From NCBI GenBank assembly GCA_977030845.1, contig OZ365119.1, positions 10,850,001-10,914,000 of the forward strand: a stretch of 64,000 nucleotides of DNA, read 5' to 3'. The notes under the pieces are model-generated. The model saw only the letters and a program-made list of their open reading frames with translations, was not told where the DNA came from and did not search any database. Position 1 is the stretch's first letter, and every line of letters begins with the position of its first letter. The DNA comes from Fimbriosthenelais zetlandica. Its lineage: Eukaryota. The position numbers and the translations under genes are program-made. Positions 9,901 through 21,900 of the stretch are shown in pieces.

Positions 9901-12900
9901 TGGGCTGGGAGTGAGGTCATGCCTCTGACTTGGATCTACACTAGGCCGTCATGGTGCAGCTGAGCGTGCTCATGATGGTGACAGTGAGTAGTGACTGTTG
10001 GACAGTGAATAGTGACTGTTGGACAGTGAGTAGTAACTGTTGGACAGTGAGTAGTGACTGTTGGACAGTGAGTAGTTGGAGGTTGTCATGAGGTTGCTTT
10101 ATACCTGTTTATACATTCTGAGACTAGGCTGGGAAGTGATGACTGACAAGCCCTGTCCATCATTGGGTCCTCGGGCGCTGGGGAGGGTGGGTTGTGCCCA
10201 ATCATCCGTATAGGTGGCATGGGTGCGGACTCCCCATCACTGTAGTGCCTCTGGAGGTCATGATCCTTGAGTGGTATTAGTTTATAAGCTCGGACTGGTG
10301 GGGTGGGTCCTCGTTCAGGCTCACTCATTGCACGTGGGGAGTAGGCGCGCGAGTCGAGGTGGGACAGAGGGGACATTGTTCTACATTTAGGGGAAGGTGG
10401 CCTGTTAGGATTGGGTGGTGACTGTTGCTGGTCACCATGGTGGTCACCATGGTCTCTTGGTGACTGAGTCCGTCTCTCAGTGAGTGAGCGGGGGGAGAAG
10501 GAGCGATCGTTGGGACAGGCGTTGACCATGCCTGTACGTGTAGCATATTCACTGTCAGAGTAAGGTATGTGATTATGCATGGCGTATATAGGTCCGTCGT
10601 CATAGCGACCTGACATGTGATCAGTGCTGTGCATCATGGGATTACGGAGACCACCGTACCTCCCACTATTATCGCTGAATCTCGTGCCGGGTGAGATCCC
10701 GCGGTGGTTGGTCGGTGTGTCGGGGGGCGTCCCTATGTCACTGGGTGGAGGATGTTCCGGGGGTGGAGGCAGGAACAACACCGGGTGTTTAGGTCCCATC
10801 TTCTTACTCGCGTCTTCATCTGAGATAGAATTAAAATAAATCATTAATATGAGCTGAATCTTATAAAGCCAGGAATACACTAATCCGATACTCTATCCGG
10901 CGCCATCCGATAGCTGTCCGAAACTATATTTCTATTGACACCAAATGCTTGTAATTTGAAACATCCTTTATAGCTTGGTAAGGCTAACCACTGAAAAAAT
11001 TTCAATCTTTAGATGTCATTAGAAATAGGGTATCCGATTGCGACGGATTGGAGAATCGGATTAGTGTATTCCCGGCTTAACAAGAGAGATTCAATACATC
11101 ACATACTCCCTCCTGGATATGAATAATTCACCAAAACCAACTATACATGCTAGGTAGAACCCATCCATAAATCAACATGCTCTAGGTCTACTCTGATTAC
11201 TAAACTAAATACTAAATCAAATGGAACTTAGTTCTTAATGAAAATGGCTGCAGGAGAGTGGAAGCGAGCGGCAGGGGGCTGCTGCGCTGTGCTGGCTTAT
11301 GGCAGGGGGAGAATCTATTTTACAATCTAACTATAACTGGAATATAAGGACCATCAAATGTTATGTTTTGTCTATTAGTAGCTTAAACAATTAAACTACA
11401 ATGGACTTTACAAAGTACTGTAGTTGGAATTGAGCAAATGACCATTTGGGTTCCTTTGGTGAGAATTTGACTTGGAATATTATCGTAATTTGTTTTAAGT
11501 GTATGTCTATGTCTCAACACAATGGGACCTTTTACAAAGACTTTACCTCAAAGAACTGAACTCAGTCATACTCGGCGATCAACTACATTCATGCGATACC
11601 GAAAGGAAACAACAACCAAGGCAATGTATACATGTATCATCTCAGGTGAATTTGAAGCAGTTAAATTTTAAATTTGTTAGGTGCACAAACTGTTTACAGT
11701 GAGTCGTTTAATTTAGTCTAGAAGAGTTAGGCATAATGTGAGTCAGTTGGTCAGTTTGTTTAGATATTAATAAGGTTAGCTATTGAATACAAAACCATGC
11801 TTTTTGAAGATAATCTAACAACAGGATTGGACTATTGGTTCAAACGTTTTCTCTAGGTGGAACAAAGGGAAAAAGGAAGAAATCTGAACTTAAAGTAACC
11901 CAAACAAGGGGATGTCCTTACAGGTGTTGGAATTAATAGGATCAAAGCCCAGCTCGGCCAAGTGATTGTATGTGGTGTCACAGGGGGACCCATCAGGTTG
12001 CCATGGCAACTGTCCCCCGGTAGGACTGGCGAAATCAGGTACAAGCGGGATGGTCGTGTCATAGATGTGGTCAGTCGGCGGGAGGCAATAGTCTGAAAAT
12101 CGCATCACACATAGACATCCAATGAAATGACGAATGTGTGATAAAGGGGGGTCAAATACTGCACGGGCAAACGGGACAACGGGTCAGGGGCAAGGGGCAA
12201 ACGGGACAACGGGTCAGGGACAAGTGGGACAAAGGGTTAGGGACAAGGGGCAGGGACAAGGGGCAAACGGGACAACGGGTCAGGGACAAGGGGAAGGGAC
12301 ATGGGGCAGGGGAGACAAAGGGTGAGGGACAAGGGGCAAACGGGACAAAGGGTTAGGGACAAGGGGCAGGAGGGACAAGGGACAGGGACAAGGGGCAGGA
12401 GGGACAAGGGGCAAACGGGACAACTAGTCAGAGACAGGTGGGAGAGCTGGTAACCATAATGGGATGGGGAAGGGAAGGGGATAACTCAACCTGCAAGGTG
12501 GGATGGGGAGCGGACGGTTAACTCAGCCTGGGTAGGGTGTATCACAAACCACCAGCTAGAGTGAGTGATGAATGTCAAGTGAATGTGAATCATTCACAAG
12601 CAAGGCTAAACTCCACAAGTATACCCCAAAGCGCTGTCATTCTAATTTACAAATGGAAACTATTGAGTTAGACTTAAGACTTTCAGCATAAATGAGGAAA
12701 GCGTCAAGGGCATGTATGATGAAGTATTGAGGAGGGCCTTGTCCACAGATCTGACAAGGCAATGTTGTGTTTTACTTAAATCTGTACTCTACTGCTGCGA
12801 TTTTGCTTGCGACACTACTGCGACAAAGGTGATCCCTTTTGTCGCAGAGGTGTCGCAAGGGAAATCGCAGCAGTGGAGTGTCGAGGTGGGCCAGCTTTGG

Positions 12901-15900
12901 CTATACTTGGTGGAGTTGGTTATTAGGTGCTTTATCTATAAGCAGACTGAGCTTGAACACCTGGAACATTGTGGACTCCACTGCTGCGATTTTGCTTGCG
13001 ACACTGCTGCGACAAAGCCGTCAAAGGTGTTCCTTGTGTCTCAATAAAATTTACAAATTGTGGATGAAGTGTCCAAGGCCTTAAGGTCGTCCTCCACTGG
13101 TGCATTTTTCAATCCAACACAAGCATCAGGAGTGTCGCAAGCAAAATCGCAGCAGTGGAGTCCCGGCTTAATGCAGAGATAGAGGGGTTAGGCAAGTCAG
13201 CAGTTAGATGGGGCGGCTGGCAAATAACATATTGATATTAACTATTACAAGAAGATTTTTTTTTTTTGGATTATGCTGAAATTCTCTACAATAGTAGTAG
13301 GTTTTCGTCCCTACAGCCCGGTGGACGAAATGGAATGATCTCAGCAGGGCGAGGGATGATTTAGCCACATACCTGTGTTATGTCTGGAGTTGTCTGTATT
13401 TGAATCACTGCTCACGTCCTGTTTAATACAGCTATCAGATGAACCTGAACCCTGCGGTACGAATCCTCCAGAATGTCCCATACCGGGGCTCTGTATGGGT
13501 CTGAAGGCGCTATCTCCCGTGGACCGCTGTTGATTAAGCAGGTTGTTGGAGGTGACTAACGTAGTGGTAGCGTAAGGACCACATTGTACAGGGTTGGCTT
13601 TATTATAGAAAGTTTTGAATGCGGGGGGCGGGGCGGTGGGGGCATTATATAGATTTTCCTTCATCGCGTCCTCCTTCGCACTCCTTGCATCCCGTACATT
13701 GGTCACATCAGGCTGTAAGCCTTCAACTACAAACAGAAACGTATAACATTAACGAACTATGTCAACTAGGTATAGTTAAAACCACTATAAAGGTAATGCT
13801 CCACTGCTGCCATGTTGCTTGCGACACCACAGCTACAATGGCGATGTTTGTGTTGTAATAAAATTGATAAATTTTGGTCCAAGGCCTTGAGGCCGTCCTC
13901 CACTGGTACACTTTTCATTGTGACATAAGCATCTTTGTCGGGGTAGTGTCGCAAGCAAAATCGCAGAGGTGGAGCACAGGCTTCAGCTTTACAATAGGAA
14001 ATATGCAGGAGATCATTATATTATGATTTACTTCATTAGTCTCGCAGGTATTCTTTGAGGTACAATTGTTTAATATAATCTGAACTTAGTCGAGAAAGTA
14101 TTTTTGAGGTTTTGCCACAAAAGTGTTTACCACGAATTGAACTATCTTAACTTGTGATCTATGTGGAATATATCTACACTCAAACCATTGAAAACATGAC
14201 AGATATTGATGGTGGAAATGAAAGCACACTGAGTATGGGCTAATACAGGCGGGAATCATGATCTTTATGTTACTGGGGATGTATTATACAAAATCAAGGC
14301 ATGTACAATAAGGAGCTTCTTCCCGAGAGGCAATGAACAGTTATAGGGTTAATGCACCTCCTATCATACTCTCGATGTTGAGGATAATGTGGGTTATAAT
14401 AGGTTAGCGGCATGCTTTCTTCACACCCTGGGACCACATGCACCATCTTTATCAACATTTCCACGGGTATCGTTTTGAAAAAAAACAATTTACAAGTTCC
14501 AGAAGATGAGAGAAAAGCTTTCTTCTGCAATGCGCCAGGGTTAATGTTTGTCCCATGATGGGGTTTCATTTTGCCTCAGGAAGAGAAACTTGGGGTTTTA
14601 TATTCAGATTTGAGATCATACATAAAAGTGAGGGCATTGCGACAGAGAAGGACAAAGCCTAGGGTGCAGTGAATGTTGAGGCCAGTGTCTACTGGACCAG
14701 ATCCCCGTGTTCCCATGTAAGGGTAACTAAGGCCAATTCTCCACTAGACAATATGGCGGCCGCGCCCATGACGCGTTGCCAAGGTTACCTGGCGAACCAG
14801 CGTACGAAGCCAGTAACGGGGTTTGGTTGCTAACGGTCACCGCGTCCCGCCTTGAGAAGGGGAAAGAAAAAACAACATAGAAAAAACAAAATTAATTATT
14901 GAACAAGAACGCTGAGTAGTAGCGTACCAGGCGGGGAGGAGGAGAGCGGGGACACCTGCTGAGGTAAGAAAGATTAGTACGTCTTGGTGCCACCAGGCCT
15001 TGATGGACATCAACGCAGCCTTACACAACTCATACCTCACAGCCAAAACTAGATTTACTTCACAAGTGATCATTCCGTTCTTGGTTTCTCTACTAAAAAA
15101 TCTATACCGGAACAAAGCTTTTCATCTGAGAGCAGTGCCACTTTGGTATGTGGAGAATATTCAAATGTAAGCTCCAAAAACCCAAAAGCAATCGACCATC
15201 TTATACAGCAATGAATATGAAAAAATACATTGCGAAAGGATATTAAGGTGAATTTCGTAAATGATTTAATGAATAAATTTTGGATGACTGTGAGTTGTCG
15301 TTGGTTCCGTAAGGCTGGCCGCATGGACGACCAAGGCCTGCTACTGAACAGTAACTTACCATGGCTGGCTATGTCTTTTTGTAGATAGTTAGGAGCGTTT
15401 AGGGTGTTGAAATAGCTTCCAAGCCTGAAATACACATACCAGGGGTGGTGTGAGCATATACAAGGGGGCAGAGGTAACGGCTAGAGCCGCTACCCGAGGC
15501 AACACATACCATACCATCAATAGAGAGAGGCAAGTCAACACCCACACATACACTACTTCACCAGTGTTAAGCCAGGAATACACTAATCCGTTTCTCTATC
15601 GGGAGCCATCCGATAGCTGTCCGAAACTATATTTCTATTCGCAACAAATGCTTGCAATTTGAACAGTCCTTTACACCGAGGTAAGGCTAACCACTGACAA
15701 AATTTCAGTCTTTAGATGTCATTAGAAATAGGGTATCGGATGGCGACGGATGGGAGAATCGGATTAGTGTATTCCAGGCTTTACTGAGAAACATTTTACT
15801 GCAAATCTCAAAACAAATTGTGTAGTCAGTTACTGTGAACTGACATGAGAGGGACAGTCTTCTCTTTTTTTAATTTATTTTACAAAAAGGTTAAAAAAAA

Positions 15901-18900
15901 GTCTGAATGGTATGAAGCTATCTAGCAATTCCTCTCATTGGTGTTTAACGTGTAAAGTCTGGGCATTGACTCGCATTTTAAATTGAATGCACGACTAGCA
16001 CAGGTAGTGTACAGACGTACGATAGGAGGAGTTGAGAGGTGTAGGGGTTTATACAGATGAAAATGTCCCCTCACGTACAATTGAGAGATTTTATGGTCTT
16101 CAAGAGTCGGTTTCAATAGGAAAATTGACTTAACATTACTAATATTGACTTAACATTGCTAATTTTCCTTTTGAAATGGGCCCCCGGATTTCACAGGAAG
16201 AAACTGGGGCACAATATTGAAATAGATTCTTATTCAATTTAAGGATTTAAAGTTAAATTCGCTGGTGATTTTTATGAAATTATATGAGAGAATCTGCCAT
16301 GAAATACTGGCTGTAGAAAGGTCTAGTAAGGAGAAATGGGGACAGGAGAGACACAGAGAAACAGGAGAGAGCGAGTCGATGTGCTGTAGAGACAGGACCA
16401 GACAGAAGCAGATACAGAGGGAGGTTAAAATAGTGAATCAACACACAAAACGGTGACGTGTTAGGCAAGACATCTGTACACAATCATACAGGTCTATGAG
16501 ATCATTTCATGGAGAGTCGAGCAGACTACAGTGAAAATGTCTCAATACTAAAATGATCAGAACCTTTAACATCCTGATAATAAACCTCAAAATAGATAAT
16601 AATTCTACAGTTTGAAAATTGAAATTCAAGATTCTTATCTCTACCATGAACATGTTGACTTTATCTCTAATCTAAGATTTACTAATCATCAGAGGTTTCA
16701 TTTATGTAAGATCTGTTGATGGTAGAGTGAGATAAAGTTTTAGTTGTAATTAATTTCTTTAATAACATACCTAGATGGATCATCCGTCTTGTGAACCGGT
16801 ACTGTGAAGAGAAAAACAAAATTAGAAAAATGTACAAAAATTAAATAAAGTTAGTTTAGATTAGACAAGGTTTATGAAATGACCACAACCTAACACTGCA
16901 TACTATATAATACTGGAAAATGTTTCTAGGCCATTCCAGGGGCCTGTTTCAAAAGGAACATTACCAAGGCTAAGCCTGTGGCTAATTTTCCTTTTGAAAC
17001 AGACACCTGGAGTCTGAATCTTCACATGAAATCTAGTTTAGATTGGAGATATTGAGGTCCTTTTTCTTAAAGAATTGTAAGGGAGAAAGAGACAAATCTA
17101 TGGATGTAGGAAGGTTCAATGACCCACCTGTCATGACGCCATTCTTGTGAAGCTTTTTTCGCGCCTTTTTCTTCCTATAGAGCCACACACTGAATACACA
17201 GAGAGCGAACCATAGCGTGCCGCCTATAGTGCCGATCAGTGTAGCTATAAACCAGGGTTCCTTGACGAAGCCCTGGATGCCCACCGCCCCCTCGTTACCC
17301 ACACTGAAGGGGGCGCTGCGCACTCCCGTGCCTCGCTTGTTGAAGGCTGCCACCTGGATCTTATAGTGCATGCCGGGAACGAGGTGATGTACCACCAGGG
17401 CGTTGACAGTGGCGTTAGTCGTAATGTTTCGGTGGAACTTACTCTCATTCCCCATCACGAAGATCTGCAGCAGAAAACAACACACAATTGTAAGCCCGGC
17501 ATCCACTGTACGATCCTTGGAAAAACAGATTTTTAGGAGTCTGATATTGGCATCAGAGTGCCATAATTTCTCCTGTATTGAACTCTGTGACGTCACAAAC
17601 ATTGTTTCTATGTAACAGCATTATTTCTTCCATTTATTAACAATTTGTATTCGTTTTCTAGTGCTCAAAGGTATAATAAATCCAGAACCGACCTCGGTTC
17701 CCCCCCGTCCCAAACCTCGGTCGGTTCTATGTATGAATTGAATATGGAATGACTGACCTTATATCCTCGTAGAATACCGTTCTGGTGATCACGTGGTGGA
17801 CGTCTCCATGCCAGGTGTAATGTACGGTTATCAATAAGTCGAGCATTGATGGACTGAGGCGGCGCTGAGGGCACTGTCAACAAGGCAAGATGGTCATTAA
17901 CAAGGGTTATATAGACTGACAGCGCTGAGGGCACTGTCAACAAGGCAAGGTGGTCATTAACAAGGGTTATATAGACTGACAGCGCTGAGGGCACTGTCAA
18001 CAAGGCAAGATGGTCATTAACAAGGGTTATATAGACTGACAGCGCTGAGGGCACTGTCAACAAGACAAGATGGGTATTAACAAGGGTTATATAGACTGAC
18101 AGCGTTGAGGGCACTGTCAACAAGGCAAGGTGGCTAGAAAGAGTGACAGTGCCCTAATACAGAACTTATGTAATGGCCCTAATATGGCCCTGAGACAGAA
18201 CTTATGTAATGGCCCTAATATGGTCCTAATACAGAACTTATGTAATGGCCCTAAGACAGAGCTTATGTAATGGCCCTAAGACAGAGCTTATGTAATGGCC
18301 CTAATACAGAACGTGTGCTATAGCCTTATTAAATGTTACGTGTTGTTACGTGATGTAACGTGATGCTACGTGATGTTACGTGATGTTACGTGATGTCACG
18401 TGATGTTACGTGATGGTACGTACCGGCCTCTAGCGTCCTCACTCTGACTGTATTACTGTCCTGCCCCTCTACAGACAGGTAGAATGGCTGTAGACGGACC
18501 TCGTACCACGTAAACTCCTGTAGGTTACGCAGGATGTACATGGTGGCCGTACCAGACGTTACCGTCTCTATAGTGTACTCAATGTGGCGGTGCTGGTGGT
18601 TCTTGTGACTCTTGTGCTGCCCGTATTCAGGCATCACTCGGTACTTTATATGGAAACCTTCTATAAACCGATGTGACTTCAAAATCTGAAACAAGATCAG
18701 AGATACCTCACATCAAGTGTTCTCAATAATAGTAGGCGATAAGATTATTGTTGTAGAATCCAGTCTGCTTGTAGAAACCAATTCTGCTCGCCAAAAACGA
18801 CGTTACCCAGAAGTTGGTGAGCAGAAAAGTCATGCATTTCAGAAACCCATCACTCGCGAATTTCTGCTAGCCAAAATTAGAATAAATCCTTTCTGCAAGC

Positions 18901-21900
18901 CAAAATCTTTCTGCAAAAAGGGCGGCCGCTCACTACGCAGACCGATGGGTCTCGATTCTAATTTGAATCTTGTTTAATTTTTTTTTGTTAGAATGTTTAT
19001 AGAGCCTGTTATGGGTGAATACCAGCTCACACTCTTGATTACTCAAGTTTCTCGTATGGTTTTCAGCTGGGGGTTCTTTCTAAGTGCATTGCTACATTGC
19101 CTTCTGTGCAATGGATATTTCTAGGTGCATGTGCTCTAGAACATATGTACACCAACACCCTGAGGAAGGAGTCATTGGAAAATGCCTTGGACAGCTCGGG
19201 GGATTGAAGGATTGAACCACCGACCCTTCGATCATTGGTCAACCACCCTGTGTGAGCTGGCACTCTGACCAACTCCCCTCCTATCTTGTTTAAAAGTCGC
19301 AGACTTACCTTCCAATTGAGTTTGAATGCTGTAGAGCTGATGACGTCTGGCTGGTCCATGTGGACCACCTGTCCTGACAGTTTCTCCTGGACCAGGGCTA
19401 TATCAAACTGTTGTAGCGTGGGTCGTACCCCCGTCCCACCCATCGTGTGGAAGCTGCCCGCCACCTGACTGGGTAAACTCAGGCCGTGTGAGTTCTGAGC
19501 GCGGACCAGGAACATGTAGGATGTATCTGGTCGTAGATTCCTCACTGTGTAACTCTGACCCTTGATGCTGTCTGACGCAACGACCCAGCCCTGAAAAAAA
19601 TACCACAATTATTAACTATCAGGGTGTTTATTAGATGAATGCCCCGCCTACTTTAGTCATAGGACCCGGGTACTCAGCAACCATCAAAACGTTTATGATG
19701 GAGACAGAGGGTCAAGTGTCAACTAATTTGGACATCAACTAATTTGAATATCAACTAATTTGAATATCAACTAATTTGAATGTCAACTAATTTGAATGTC
19801 AACTAATTTGAACGTCATATTTTGAACCTATATTTCTTTTTGGTAGTTGTGTAGCTTTCTTACTTTCTTTCTTATATAATTATGCTGTATAAACATCTTG
19901 AATAAAAAACAGAAAAAGAAGAATGGTGACTGACCTCGCCCGTCTCGTGACTGAAGTACTCTACTGTGTAGGCCTTGACCGGGGAGGCGCCATGGTTAGC
20001 GTTGGCCTTCCACGTCAGTCTCATGCTCGTCTCAGTGATATCTGTCACCTGAGGTTTAGATGGCCGGCCTGGGAATGTGGAGGGCTCGGGCGTCCGGTGG
20101 AAGATGACAGCGGGGTTAGTCGGTGCTGCATGAGAGACAGTCAATAAGTTAAAACATTCAGTCATCAATTTTGAAGAGTTTGAAGATTTTAATTGGACAT
20201 ATTTGCCACAAATTTGGTCGGTCTTCCATGTATACAATGTATACAATGTATTTTTAAACTAGATCATTTTGTATGTATAAGTCTAGGTACTTCCTTAATG
20301 AAAAAATAGTGTCATCTAGACAATTTAACAAGACAATAAACATAGACTAAAATCAACTAAAACCATCTCGCTATAAGAGATAAACTTGACTGAGATCTTG
20401 AAGTCTGGTCATAGGCTTTCAGATCATCGCATATACCTAATAATCAGATACACAATAAGAGAGTAAAGCCCGGACTCCACTGCCGCGATTTCGCTTGCGA
20501 CAAGACTGTGACAAAGGTGATGTTTATCCCACTATGAAAAATGTACCAGTGGAGGACGTCCGTAAGACCTTTGACATTGGGACCCCGATTTATACATTTC
20601 ATTGCGACACAAGCATCACCTTTGTCGCAGTAGTGTCGCAAGCAAAATCGCAGCAGCGGAGTATGGGCTTAAGATGTGTCATACTGACCTTCCACTGTTA
20701 GTGCGGCGCTCCATGTCGTCTCCCCCGTCTCACTAAGTGCCTTACACATGTAGAGTGCTGAGTCAGCTAATCGTAGATCTGAGATCTGTAGAGTACCAGA
20801 ATCCAGGAAGGCCACGCGGGGGTCTCTGTTACTGAGGGGGCGACCATTTTTATACCAGCGGATACTGGGGGGTGGGTCTCCAGACGAGTGACACTGTAAC
20901 ATCGCTACAGAGTTCAGAGGGAGCGTCTGGTTCTGAGGGCCCTGGTATATGATGGGCGGTGGCCGGGGGTCCACATCTAAAACGTAACAATCAAAATTTG
21001 AGTATCAAAATTCCATTCAATATTACACCAGACCACCCTAGATTGGGGGTTAGTTTAAAAAAATTAACAGTCAAAATTTGTTATACCATGAGTAACAACC
21101 GCGACAGCGACAAGTAACGACCAAAAATGAGAAGAGATTCAGGACTCATTTTAGTCAGAACGAATGGCGGTAGAAACAGAGACGTCCAAGATATGTAAAC
21201 ATTTTAGTCAGAACGAAGGGTGGTGGCACCAGACACGTCCAAGATTTCTTATGTTCACTTTACAAACATGATAATAAATTCATTATATCCTTCACTTTAC
21301 AAACATGATAATAAATTCATTATATCCTTCACTTTACAAACATGATAATAAATTCATTATATCCTTCACTTTACAAACATACATGATAATAAATTCATTA
21401 TATCCTTCACTTTACAAACATGATAATAAATTCATTATATCCTTCACTTTACAAACATGATAATAAATTCATTATATCCTTCACTTTACAAACATGATAA
21501 TAAATTCATTATATCCTTCACTTTACAAACATACATGATAATAAATTCATTATAGGATAAAATAGGGTTCACTATAGGATATAATAGGGTTCACTATAGG
21601 ATATAATAAGGTCTATTAGACATTAAATACTAACCTTTGACCTCAATCTTGGCCTTGGCGAAGGCGCTGCCGGCCACACTGAGGGCCTGACACACGTACT
21701 CGCCCGCGTCCTCTTTTCGCACCGGCTCTATGATCAGCGTGCCTTCATCAGTGACGGAGAATCGCCCGTGGTCTTGTCTCGGGAACATGAGGATCTGTGA
21801 GGTCTCTTTGTTCCAGAAGACAGCGGGCGGAGGGTTGCCGGTAACCTCACACCGCAGTGAGACTGTGCGACCTACGCCTACCACCTTATCTTGTGGTGTC

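Noticed and set aside
14294-15115. Minus-strand ORFs of 91-92 aa as extra exons or a transposase
   Set aside because: No recognisable motifs; exons 14 and 15 already join in phase
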